Shown here piece after piece: positions 28,200 through 37,728 of a stretch of 57,497 bases of DNA. The translations under genes were made by a program, and so were the position numbers. Every line of letters begins with the position of its first letter. Positions within the stretch are counted from its first letter, which is position 1. Origin of the DNA: a virus (taxonomy: Duplodnaviria > Caudoviricetes); IMG/VR virus record IMGVR_UViG_3300020582_000009, positions 1 through 57,497 of that record; one strand, written 5' to 3'. The notes beneath the pieces are model-generated. The model worked only from the letters and a program-made list of their open reading frames with translations. It did no database searches and was not told the DNA's origin.

Positions 28200-28444
28200 T
28201 GCGCCGATTCCTTGCCGTCTTCGCGGTTCTGGCGGGGTTCATTGTGCCGACATTTGCACAAACTGCCGGACAATCCGTACCGCAACAAATATCCGTCTGC
28301 CAGCAGCTTCTTAATGAAGCTAACGCGCGGATTATCTTGCTCGATGCAAATTCGGCTAAGCAGATCGCAGATTTACAAAATAGAGTCGCTGACTTGCAAA
28401 AGCAAGTGGATGCTAAGCAGAAAGATGTGCCGCAAGAGAAATAG
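28196..28444 (+). CDS. Small exported coiled-coil protein
   Basis: MMRRFLAVFAVLAGFIVPTFA|Q; heptad repeat. Confidence 0.7.
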   Translation: MMRRFLAVFAVLAGFIVPTFAQTAGQSVPQQISVCQQLLNEANARIILLDANSAKQIADLQNRVADLQKQVDAKQKDVPQEK

Positions 28445-28450
28445 GGTCAT

Positions 28451-28696
28451 GTGGTGAAAGATAACATCTATTACATAGTCGTTGGAACGCTGGCCGCAGT
28501 CATGCTGGCGGTCATAGCCATTTTGCTGATCGGTCTATTTGATGCGCGGGTGGACAATGATAAAATCTTTGCCGTTCTTGGTCCCGCATTTCAAACGATC
28601 GTCGGTTGCTTCGTGGGAGTGCTCGGAAGCCGTGCGCTCAATCACGATAAGCCGGAAGAACGGGTCGAAGCGGGAAAACCCAAGACCGATTCTTGA
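28451..28696 (+). CDS. Two-TM membrane protein, holin-like
   Basis: Two hydrophobic helices and a charged tail; upstream of the endolysin. Confidence 0.6.
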   Translation: MVKDNIYYIVVGTLAAVMLAVIAILLIGLFDARVDNDKIFAVLGPAFQTIVGCFVGVLGSRALNHDKPEERVEAGKPKTDS

Positions 28697-28759
28697 CCGC
28701 CTTTCTCGGCGGAGTCAGTGTGCGTTGCGTTAGGCCGAATCAACGCAAGGTTTTATGGC

Positions 28760-28975
28760 ATGACCGTCATGGTTCCCCGTGATTTCTGGGTCGGTTATCA
28801 TCCCGATCATAAGGGCGTCTGCCTCGTGTTTAATGCGGGCGCCACGGACGAATTGATTATCCCGATGGCGGCGCAGGAAGCCTTCGACGCCGGTAAGTCG
28901 CTGAAAAAGCGCGGGGCGCAATTGTTGGCGGCGGCGGTGAATAGGCCGGAAGTTCCTGCGAGACTGGATAGTTGA
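28760..28975 (+). CDS. Hypothetical protein
   Basis: Tiles the gap before the endolysin. Confidence 0.55.
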   Translation: MTVMVPRDFWVGYHPDHKGVCLVFNAGATDELIIPMAAQEAFDAGKSLKKRGAQLLAAAVNRPEVPARLDS

Positions 28976-28976
28976 C

Positions 28977-29843
28977 ATGGCGATGCTCAACCAGCCGCCC
29001 AACACCTTCGGCTTCGATGCCTCGGTTCCGCTCAGCCGAGTTGTCGGCGGACTGTCCGCCATCGGCGTGACGGGTGTTGGCCGCTACGTCGCACTCGGCG
29101 AAGTCAATGCCTGGAAGGTGCTCACTCCCACCGAGGCCGTTGAACTCGCCATCGCCGGCATTGCCGTGTTTCCGATCTACGAAACCACGGCGAGTGCTGC
29201 CGATCATCGTTCGGCCGATGGTGCTTATGCTAATGGTTATCTACCGAGTGTCGGTCTTTTCCCGGACACTGGCGTGTGTCTCTACGATACGCAGGACGGT
29301 GACGCGACCGCAGCGAATATGCCTGCAATCATTCCCGCCGTAAAATCGTTCTTTGCGCAGACGCCGGGCTATCGCCGTGGCATCTATGCCGGGGGTTATT
29401 GCGCAACGCAGCTCAAGGAGCAGAACCTCATCGACCTTGTCTGGATCACGCAATCCATGGAATTCACCGGCACGCAGCAAGTTCTTTCCGGCGACGGCTG
29501 GGACATGGTGCAGCGCCTTCCCGCCGATATGACCATCAACAATGCCTTCATCAACGTTGACCCGGACAGCAAGCGGCTTCCGAATGCCGACATCGGCGCC
29601 CGCGTTCCATGGAACGGCGCTGTACCGGAGAACGCGGTCTTGAGCGTGGTTGCAACGCAGATGCTTTTGAACAAGGCGACTAATGCCGGACTGGCGACCG
29701 ACAACGAAAGCGGGCCGAATACCGACGCTGCACTGGCGGCATTTCTGGTTAAGGGCGGCTTTGAAACGCTGACGTGGGGCGGCGCGATCGAGGCATTGTT
29801 GGAGCAGGCGGGAGTGTCGATCTACAAGCCGAGTGTCGCATGA
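28977..29843 (+). CDS. Endolysin candidate, DUF1906/GH25-like glycoside hydrolase with C-terminal PG-binding-like domain
   Basis: GFDAS, VGRY, K.LT..EA, VFPIYET, Y..GIYAG; Q.LLN..L.TD..SGP.T.AAL.AF. Confidence 0.78.
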   Translation: MAMLNQPPNTFGFDASVPLSRVVGGLSAIGVTGVGRYVALGEVNAWKVLTPTEAVELAIAGIAVFPIYETTASAADHRSADGAYANGYLPSVGLFPDTGVCLYDTQDGDATAANMPAIIPAVKSFFAQTPGYRRGIYAGGYCATQLKEQNLIDLVWITQSMEFTGTQQVLSGDGWDMVQRLPADMTINNAFINVDPDSKRLPNADIGARVPWNGAVPENAVLSVVATQMLLNKATNAGLATDNESGPNTDAALAAFLVKGGFETLTWGGAIEALLEQAGVSIYKPSVA

Positions 29844-29879
29844 CCCCGCGATTAGGTTTGTCAAATCCATAATTCCGGC

Positions 29880-30167
29880 ATGACCCTCACCGCCGCCCTC
29901 AAAATCCTAGCCGTATTCGTGCCGGAACTGACGGCGCAAATACCCGCTATCATCGCGGCCATCGCCACGCTACAGAAAGCCCAAGTCATCGTGCAGCCGG
30001 CCGTGACGCGGTTCGAGGCTGGCGAAAATGGCACGCTTGAACTGATAGGCGAGGCTGCGCAATTAACGGCAATGGGACCGGACATCGTTGCTGCGTTGAA
30101 GACCATCGAACAGGTGCAAGCCATATTCACAGCCTATGGGGCTAAAATCGAAGGGGCTACCCAATGA
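29880..30167 (+). CDS. Hydrophobic hypothetical protein in lysis cassette
   Basis: Ala/Ile-rich 95 aa. Confidence 0.6.
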   Translation: MTLTAALKILAVFVPELTAQIPAIIAAIATLQKAQVIVQPAVTRFEAGENGTLELIGEAAQLTAMGPDIVAALKTIEQVQAIFTAYGAKIEGATQ

Positions 30168-30553
30168 ATCTCCCAACTCAAGCGCAGACCAATACCGCGC
30201 TTCGTTACGCTGGCACGACCGTTGGTAGCGCGGCGTCGATCTTAGTTCTGCTGGGTATGATTGACGCTAATACGTCAACCCAACTGATCGCAGCATTCCA
30301 CAAGTTTTTTGATGATCTTCAAGCTCTCGTTGGAGACGTTTACGTGATCGTCGGAATTGCTGGACCTATCGTTATCGTGTGGCTTGGCAAGATCGGCTAC
30401 AGTTCAGCCAGCCCAAAGAATCAAACTGCGTCTGCGCTCGCTGCTGAACCTAAAACGGTGATTGCAGCCGTGAATGCGCTTCCGAATGCATCGGTTACTG
30501 TCAGCGACCCGGCGCTGGCCACTCCGGGCGTCAAAGTTGGGCCGGTACAATAA
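30164..30553 (+). CDS. Holin-like membrane protein
   Basis: Two hydrophobic segments; follows the endolysin. Confidence 0.6.
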   Translation: MNLPTQAQTNTALRYAGTTVGSAASILVLLGMIDANTSTQLIAAFHKFFDDLQALVGDVYVIVGIAGPIVIVWLGKIGYSSASPKNQTASALAAEPKTVIAAVNALPNASVTVSDPALATPGVKVGPVQ

Positions 30554-30625
30554 AACCGTGACGTGATATTTTTGTCACGGGCAACCGCGCTATAGATGGA
30601 CCGTCCAAATCAACGGAGAGAACCC

Positions 30626-31360
30626 ATGAAATTCTTTCGCAGACTGTCCATCGGCCTTATCGCGCTCGCCTTCGCCAGCGGTGCCCATGCGGCGGATATG
30701 GCGGTCAAGGTGGCGCCAAAGCCTATCGTCTATCCCACGTCCGCTTGCGGCCTGTTCTACGGCTTCAACGTGCAGGGCGGCGCTGGTGCCATCAACAACG
30801 GCCCTCCCGGCGCCGTGCAGATCGGGGGCGACATTGGTGGCGAGGTTGGCTACGCCTGCCCGACCGCCAGCGTTCCGTGGTTTGCTCAAGTCGAGTTGGA
30901 CTTCCAGAATCTCAATGCGGGCACGGCCGGTTTCTCCCTCAGCGGCCCGGCGATGGTCAAGGGCGAGGTTGCGATCCAGACGCCATTGCTGGCGATCTAC
31001 GAGAGCATCTTCAACGCCTCATCCTCGCAAACTCCGACCGTCACGACTTGGTTGCCGCCCGGCTATTCGGTCACCGGCACGCCGACCAACTACATCGGCC
31101 TCGTGACCACGCTCAATGACATTACGGCCCAGTACGGCGCCGGCAGCTACAAGGATTGGACGTGGACGCCGATCGGCGTCCGCACCGGCATCCTGTTCAA
31201 CGTGACCGGGCCGAAGGGCGTGCAGGTTGTCGCCGACGTGTTCGCCGAACTGGATAGCCAGAGCAATCAGATTTGCTTCGGCTCTGGCGTGCCGGTCGGC
31301 GCGTCAAGCTGCTCCAAGCTCGGCGAGTCGTGGACGGCTGGCATTGAGTTCAAGCTGTAA
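30626..31360 (+). CDS. Outer-membrane beta-barrel protein (Omp25/RopB-like)
   Basis: RBS GGAGAG; signal ending AHA|ADMAVKVAP; alternating beta-strands; C-terminal beta-signal WTAGIEFKL. Confidence 0.8.
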   Translation: MKFFRRLSIGLIALAFASGAHAADMAVKVAPKPIVYPTSACGLFYGFNVQGGAGAINNGPPGAVQIGGDIGGEVGYACPTASVPWFAQVELDFQNLNAGTAGFSLSGPAMVKGEVAIQTPLLAIYESIFNASSSQTPTVTTWLPPGYSVTGTPTNYIGLVTTLNDITAQYGAGSYKDWTWTPIGVRTGILFNVTGPKGVQVVADVFAELDSQSNQICFGSGVPVGASSCSKLGESWTAGIEFKL

Positions 31361-31370
31361 AGGAAACGAC

Positions 31371-31568
31371 ATGAGCATTGGAGAAGATCGCGTTCGGACC
31401 AAGTTCAATCCGAGTGCTAACAATGTGGTTGAAATGATCAAGCAAAAGTCAGCCGAATTGATCGACGTTTGCGAGGCGTTGAAGGCCAAAGACCCGCGCT
31501 TGGCTTCCCTTGCGCAGACCGCGTATGAGGAAGCCGCCATGTGGGCCGTCAAAGCCGCGACGGCGTAA
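31371..31568 (+). CDS. 65-aa Acb2/Tad1-like helical hairpin protein
   Basis: RBS AAGGAA; V..IKQK.AELID...RLASLAQTAYEEAAMWAVKAAT. Confidence 0.65.
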   Translation: MSIGEDRVRTKFNPSANNVVEMIKQKSAELIDVCEALKAKDPRLASLAQTAYEEAAMWAVKAATA

Positions 31569-31573
31569 CGACG

Positions 31574-31756
31574 ATGGCGAGCACAGCACGTTTAACCGGC
31601 GCGCTGCTGCTCGCCATCGCTCTTGTCGGCTGCGCCCTTCCCGGTGCGGCGGTTGCCAAATGCGATCACGCCTGCTGGCGGAAGATATGTGCTGACCTGG
31701 CACGGCAGCATGGGACTAGCTTTGTGGCGTGTATGAAGGATCAGGACAGGCCATGA
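31574..31756 (+). CDS. Small exported Cys-rich peptide, possibly a lipoprotein
   Basis: Hydrophobic signal with LVGC lipobox-like motif; four further Cys. Confidence 0.55.
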   Translation: MASTARLTGALLLAIALVGCALPGAAVAKCDHACWRKICADLARQHGTSFVACMKDQDRP

Positions 31757-31935
31757 AACAAAACAATCCGCCGCCAGATGAATGTGAGATATGTGGCGTC
31801 GCTATTCTAGGCCAATCGTATTGGCATCAATATCATCCAATCGAACGATGGCTGTGTGAGGACTGCTTAAAACGAGAATGCGCTGGCACTCCGGGAATGA
31901 CGTTCCGTGCCGAGCATTGTCCGAACAACCCATGA
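31753..31935 (+). CDS. Small zinc-finger protein
   Basis: CEICG...LCEDC. Confidence 0.55.
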   Translation: MKQNNPPPDECEICGVAILGQSYWHQYHPIERWLCEDCLKRECAGTPGMTFRAEHCPNNP

Positions 31936-32021
31936 TGCCGGCAGGCACTTTGCGGACCAGGACATGAACATTGCTGCATTCAGTGACATCGGAGTTAATA
32001 TCACTGCTGAATGGAGCGGCG

Positions 32022-32327
32022 ATGATCCTCTCTGACCCGAACGATCTGCCGCTCACCTGGGGCCTTATCGCCGTGATGGCCAGCGTGGCCACGGGAACGG
32101 CCTTTCTGACTTGGTTTGTTTCCAAACAATTTAGTAGCGCGCGCCATCTTGTTTATCGCATCGTCTCCAAACATAACCGGGAAGATGATGATCGGTTTGC
32201 CGCCATCCAAAACGATATTTTCCGCATCCTGTTGCGCAACGCCCGCAAGGATGGCGACCAGCCGCCTGAGTTCACCCCGTTCCCGCGCCGAGCTTATCTG
32301 ATTAGTGATGGCGAACTTGCCGAATGA
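32022..32327 (+). CDS. Single-TM membrane protein
   Basis: N-terminal TM then charged helix. Confidence 0.6.
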   Translation: MILSDPNDLPLTWGLIAVMASVATGTAFLTWFVSKQFSSARHLVYRIVSKHNREDDDRFAAIQNDIFRILLRNARKDGDQPPEFTPFPRRAYLISDGELAE

Positions 32328-32330
32328 GTT

Positions 32331-32606
32331 ATGGATTACCAGCTTGTCATATCCATTGGTGCACTGGCAGTTTCAGTGATCGTTGCTTTCAGCCGAACGC
32401 TCGATAAATCGTTGTCGATTCGCGAACATGAGGAATTTAGCAAGAACGTAAATTCGGCATTGGCCGGATTAAAGCACGATTTCGAGCGCGAGACCGACAA
32501 GATAAACCGTCGTGTCGAGTTGATTGAACAAACGCGGCCAACAACGGGAGAACTTGAAGCGCGGTTGAACAAACCATTATCTCATTCCCCAACAACTCCG
32601 CCATGA
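32331..32606 (+). CDS. Single-TM coiled-coil protein
   Basis: N-terminal TM then heptad-rich tail. Confidence 0.65.
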   Translation: MDYQLVISIGALAVSVIVAFSRTLDKSLSIREHEEFSKNVNSALAGLKHDFERETDKINRRVELIEQTRPTTGELEARLNKPLSHSPTTPP

Positions 32607-32806
32607 CCCCCGCCGACTACCAAGCTATCGCCAATGCAATTCATGAAGCTGCTTACGCGCGTATGGGCCGCACAGCTCTGATCGAAACCCTGGCACAGAT
32701 GGCCGAAAAGGTGGCGGACGTGTTTGCCAAGGACAAGAAATTCGACCGCTTGGCGTTTATCCGGTGGTGTGGATTCAACGGGCCTTTGGGCGAGCGCTCT
32801 GATTAG
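32603..32806 (+). CDS. Hypothetical phage protein, last rightward gene before convergence
   Basis: MT..DY.AIA..I...A.VFA.D.KFDR..F..CG. Confidence 0.65.
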   Translation: MTPADYQAIANAIHEAAYARMGRTALIETLAQMAEKVADVFAKDKKFDRLAFIRWCGFNGPLGERSD

Positions 32807-33007
32807 GCAAAACCGCGAGATTATTTCGGGACAAGCACAGATGACCATGTTGCAATGCAGATGCCTAGAATTAATTGCTCACGGTCCTTGTTCCACAATC
32901 CACCGAGTATTTCGCATAGCCCCCACAAGCCGAGAATAATACCGGCGATGTCTTGGCCTATTTGCATCAGGTCATGAAACATGGGCATTCATCTCTTGAG
33001 AATGAGG

Positions 33008-33454
33008 CTATTCGCAGCCCCGCCCGACTTCCCCACTGTCTCTTTCCGATACGAATACCTGCCACGGCCGCCATCCAGCGGGACAATGAAAACCCCAATT
33101 GCGGATGACAGGTCCGGTAACGAACAGCGACCAGCACGGCTTATCTATCTCGATCCGATGCGCTGTTCTAGCTCGGCGGAACTTAAGATTGCCGGCATGA
33201 TATTTGATCGCAGTGCAAACACCGCCAGCCAGAATGCTGTGCTCAATGTACTCGCCTTCAAGTAGATAGCTCACATTTAGCCAAGGATGGTCATGGAGCG
33301 CTCTATCGTCGTCCGAGTGCAGAAATTTGTGCAGATAAATATTAAAGAATCGATTGCGTGGAATAACCCACCATCGCTGCATGTACGGATTGTCTTTGCC
33401 GCCGATGACAAAATCTGGCGGCCGACTGTCCGCTAAGCGGTGATACCAGCGCAT
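33008..33454 (-). CDS. Cupin-fold (cysteine dioxygenase-like) phage protein
   Basis: NIYLHKF.HSDDDRALHDHPW..S..L.G.Y.E...HRI...WSLF.TGP..R.WGF. Confidence 0.75.
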   Translation of the reverse strand: MRWYHRLADSRPPDFVIGGKDNPYMQRWWVIPRNRFFNIYLHKFLHSDDDRALHDHPWLNVSYLLEGEYIEHSILAGGVCTAIKYHAGNLKFRRARTAHRIEIDKPCWSLFVTGPVIRNWGFHCPAGWRPWQVFVSERDSGEVGRGCE

Positions 33455-35386
33455 ATTTGTCCTCTCATCATCTACAAACGCGGTCGTTTCAATTCTGCGA
33501 TGGCCCGCCTCCACCACGACATTTGTGCGATGGCATCACAGGCGTCGTTCCAGCCATTCCAGTATGCGCTATAGGCATCGTCCTTCTGGACAGGAGTAGC
33601 TGCTAAATGACGGCGCATCGCGTCCGCAATGTGATAAGCCTTTGACCAATAATCTTCCACTTGGAAGGCCGGTGAATGTGGTCCGTCAGCCATATCTCTG
33701 TCGCTCATTTTCTCACTCATTGCCCAAGACTGCGGTCATGATCCGCCATCAACTTCGCGATTTCTTCGCCGACCTCTCGCATAGCATTTCCAATTCGTTG
33801 AATCCCTATATCGCTGTGATGACGCCAACGGTCACCTACGCGGTACAACGCGAGTTCAACGATAGTTGCTAATTGCTCCGGTGTCATCGCATTGTTCGCT
33901 TATCAAAGCGCCGCGCGCCGAAGCGCCGAAACGAGAAGATCGCGAATATCGCGGTCAATAGTAATGGTGCGCTGCCATTCTTTCGCGGCAGTAAACACAA
34001 TCTGCTCCAATGTGCGAGCAACCTCATTGCGGCTCATGGTTCCATCAATCAGAGTTCGCGGTGGACGCGGCTGCTGACGTGCCCATGTCTGGCCGTCGAT
34101 TGTAATCCTCTCGATATTGCCCTTGATGGCGTCTTTCAGACCTTCAACTATTTTCGATGCGCTCATGTATCGCTCCGCATTTTCTGCTCAAAAATACCGC
34201 GCTTGTTTACCTTTGCCAACTGGGTGCGGCCCGCGCTTGGCAAATCGCTTGCCTCTGCTTTTGCCACATTGAAACGCCCCACGATGCTTTGGCTTCGATG
34301 TCATCATGAGTCCGTAGGGCGGATGCGCGCGACGTTTCTTGCCTGTAGCCATCATTCGTTCCCCTCAAGCACCCGCCGCGCCAGTGCCGCATGCGGTCCA
34401 TCCCAAGTCTCGACATTGAACTCCGGCAGTCGGCGCAATGTCACATGCGGCGGTGCTGCGCCGGCTATCTGGTCGGCTACGATGATTGCGTGAAGGCCGG
34501 CGCGGAGGCGGGTGATTTCCCGGCTCTGATCGCCGATGAAATTAACTAGCTCGGGGCGCGTGCCGTGTATGTCAGTCATCGCATTTCTCAGGTATCAAAG
34601 AAGCCCGTAATAGTGCGCGATGAACATGGCTGCCTGTACCAAGAAGAATGATGCTCCGAAGATGACAATCATTCGCCATGGCCTAAGACGCGGTGCCGCT
34701 GCCAAGATGTCCAACTCAGCTCTGGTTACCAAAAATCCACTAGCGCTGCGCTCTACCTTGCGGCCAAGTCGCTTTTCAATCCATGTGTGTAATCTATCAG
34801 TCATGTCTCGCTCCGCATTTGCTCACCGTGAACGCGCGGCTTCTGGAACGTCCACACGATCGAGCGGGGTATCCAGAGGATGAAAAACTGGAAGATCAGG
34901 GCGGCGGGGCTCATGACATTCCTGTGATGTTAACGTAAAACTTTTGTCCATTCAGATAAGGCGGCTCGGATCGCCGTTGGTATTTGTTTGCAGGAGCATC
35001 GCGGATAGCTGCACGTCAAATGAACGTCAGCGGCGTCGCATCCTACCCTTACGGCGCGGATGAACTGCACAGTTTCGCCGAGTTGTTCTGCCTCTATCAG
35101 AGGAACACTGTCGCCAACCTTAGCTGTATTTAAGCCGCAGATACATCCTGCTGTGGTCTGACATTGAGGCATGGTGCAAATGACTAGCGACATGGTTCAT
35201 TCTCTTTTCGACGCGTCAGTACGGTGACACTGGCAACGTAATGAACGGGGGCATTTTTTGCTCAGGGTCAAATTCCAACAATACAATGTCATCCCGATTG
35301 GGGCACCGAATGATGATCTTATATCGCTCTTTATCATCAACCCGGAGAAGGCTGCATTGAATCGGCGTTGCCGTATCGATCGGCAT

Positions 35387-35566
35387 TTATTTCTCCATTA
35401 ACCAAATGATGATTTTGGCCAGACCTTGTGCGTCAGGCAGTTTTCCTTGGCGTATGCGCGCGAGAGTTGATTCTCCTATGCCAATTTCCCGAGCCATCGT
35501 CTTAGATTCAATATCGAACTTCTGTTGGTAGGCCGTAAGCATCTTTGCAAGATGGTGCATTTTCAT
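35387..35566 (-). CDS. Small XRE-type HTH protein (not in ORF track)
   Basis: MKMHHLAKMLTAYQQKFDIESKTMAREIGIGESTLARIRQGKLPDAQGLAKIIIWLMEK. Confidence 0.7.
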   Translation of the reverse strand: MKMHHLAKMLTAYQQKFDIESKTMAREIGIGESTLARIRQGKLPDAQGLAKIIIWLMEK

Positions 35567-36268
35567 TCACGACACGTCAGTAATCTTATTCCAGATCGTC
35601 GGTAGTTATTTCACGCCATGCTTCGCAGTGCTTGCAGACCATTAAGGGCATACCGTCATCGTCACATTCGGCAAGCCAATGATGATCAACGCCTTCACAG
35701 ACAGTGCAATGCCGCGCGCAGGGTTTTGTCGCTAAGATTGCGCCGGCCGCTGTTCTATACTCGCCTTCCGGGAGGGGCGTTTCGAGCGCGGCTTTAATGC
35801 TATCTGGTAGATCGTGCTTTGTCATGACGTAAGTGCCAATTTCTTTTCTAACCAAAGCTTGAAGTGAGGATTGCGCTGACATCGTTTACAATTGACACCC
35901 TGCCAATCTTTGTAGTGTGCCTCAAATCGTTGACCGATGTCGGTTTCATATTCGGTGTTGAAACCCTTACAGCGATGCCCGTACATACCGCAGGCGGTGG
36001 TCTGGAAACCGTGCCTATCCTGCGAGCCGATGAAGTGGACCTTGTTCATGGTTCCTCGCGTTCCCTGACGCTCAGTGCGGCTTCATCAATCGCATGCCGC
36101 CGCACCATTCTGGACTGGCGCAGTGCGCGAAGCCGCTCTCTCGACACTCCGGGCAATACATCCCTGATGGATTATCCGACAGAGGCGCATCGTCGGATGG
36201 GTCCTTTTCCAGATAGCCCCACGGCTTTTTTTCGTCGATCATTTGTCACTGTCTCCCCATCCTGCCGC

Positions 36269-36517
36269 TTAGTGCGGTTCTGTGTCGATGTGAACAGGTG
36301 GATGAGCTTGACCGACGACGCAAAGCCGAACGGGGCGCCCGAAGAAAATTGCCAGCCGTTCGCGCCACGTAGCGCGCCAGTAGGAATAGAATTCTGGCAG
36401 GCCAGCATCGACCTGCCTCAGAACGGGAAGGCCAACGCATGGACCGTGAGCATTCGCGTTCCAGCCTTGCGGGGCTCCCAGGACGTGTGTTGTGTGTTCG
36501 GTTTTGATTGGCGTCAT
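36269..36517 (-). CDS. Hypothetical protein, paralogue of 37489..37728
   Basis: LGAP..WN...HGPC.GLPV...SYWR..W.E...I..GR.VRLCVVG..HPPV..DT. Confidence 0.8.
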   Translation of the reverse strand: MTPIKTEHTTHVLGAPQGWNANAHGPCVGLPVLRQVDAGLPEFYSYWRATWRERLAIFFGRPVRLCVVGQAHPPVHIDTEPH

Positions 36518-37488
36518 TTGTCACTTACTCCCCAAAAACTGCGGAAAAAACTACCTGCCAAAATCGTTTCCGCCTGATGCGTTTAGCGACCGAACCAAAC
36601 GATATGATTGGATAGCCACCGTTTCCCCGAAGTATCCGATAGAGATCGTATTCCGGCATGCCAAACATCGCCGCAGCGTCACTGACGAGCGTGGGGGGTC
36701 GTTGGCCGATACTTTTGAAGTATTGACCTATGGCGCACTCATCCGGGAAATTAATATTAAATGTGCGATCTTCGGACTGGGCCATAACGAATGACACAAA
36801 GCCGGAGAAGTCGGGTTTTGATTTAACTGGCGCTTCCCATTTAGGGTCGTAGAGCATCACGCTCTCCTATATCTTGCTTTGACGCCGCGTTACTGCGGAC
36901 TATGCCGTCGCCACGGCGTGTTCGCGCAAGAGGATTAAAAGCTCGGCGAGGTCCGGTGTTACGTGGCTACCAATTTCCACACAGATTTCCTCATCCTTTC
37001 CCCAGGCCGGCTTCTTGCGATACCGAACATGCGTAAAGTGCGTCGTACCATCCGGATAATCGTGTGGCTCTTTTTCGATTACCCATGGCTCAGGGTACTT
37101 GTCCAACAACTCACGGATTTGCTCGCGCCGCTTGGTGTGATCTGCCATAGATTCGGCCTCTGCTTTAGAAAAAACGATCATTGTTGTTCTCCGCAGTGGC
37201 GGCGCATCAGCGCGTTGCACGCTCGGTGTGAGCGATAGTTTCCGCATTAAAGACATCGATCAGCTTCGCACGGCCAGCATCAGTTATGAAAAATCCGCCG
37301 TGGCTCTCGCCATCAAATCCCCGATAGTCGGCAAGCCCAAGGCGGCACAAGTGTTCGGCGCCGTTGCGTTGGAATTTGTATCGCTCAGGCAATTCGCACT
37401 TAGATCGCATCGTATTGGCGATTGCCTTAAGTGCTTTCAAGCTGCGTTTGGAAAGTTCTGCCATGTCAGTCTCCACACTTATTCATCA

Positions 37489-37728
37489 TCAAAGCGGCTT
37501 CGTATCCAGAGAAACCGGCGGGTGTGATGTTCCTACGACGCATAGGCGTACATGCCGCCCGAGCAAAATATCAAACCATTCGGCCCAAGAGACACGCCAG
37601 TAGGAAAACATATACGGGTCTTCCGTTTCGACAACCGGAAGGCCAATGCACGGCCCATGCCGCGTCTGATTCCACTCTGGCGGCGCGCCGAGTATTTTGT
37701 TTGTCGCGGGCGTCTTTATCGGCTGCAT
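37489..37728 (-). CDS. Hypothetical protein, paralogue of 36269..36517
   Basis: Same motif string over the full length. Confidence 0.8.
   Translation of the reverse strand: MQPIKTPATNKILGAPPEWNQTRHGPCIGLPVVETEDPYMFSYWRVSWAEWFDILLGRHVRLCVVGTSHPPVSLDTKPL

Noticed and set aside
21952-28444. Diversity-generating retroelement or invertible fibre cassette
   Set aside because: No reverse transcriptase, invertase or template/variable repeat pair was recognised.
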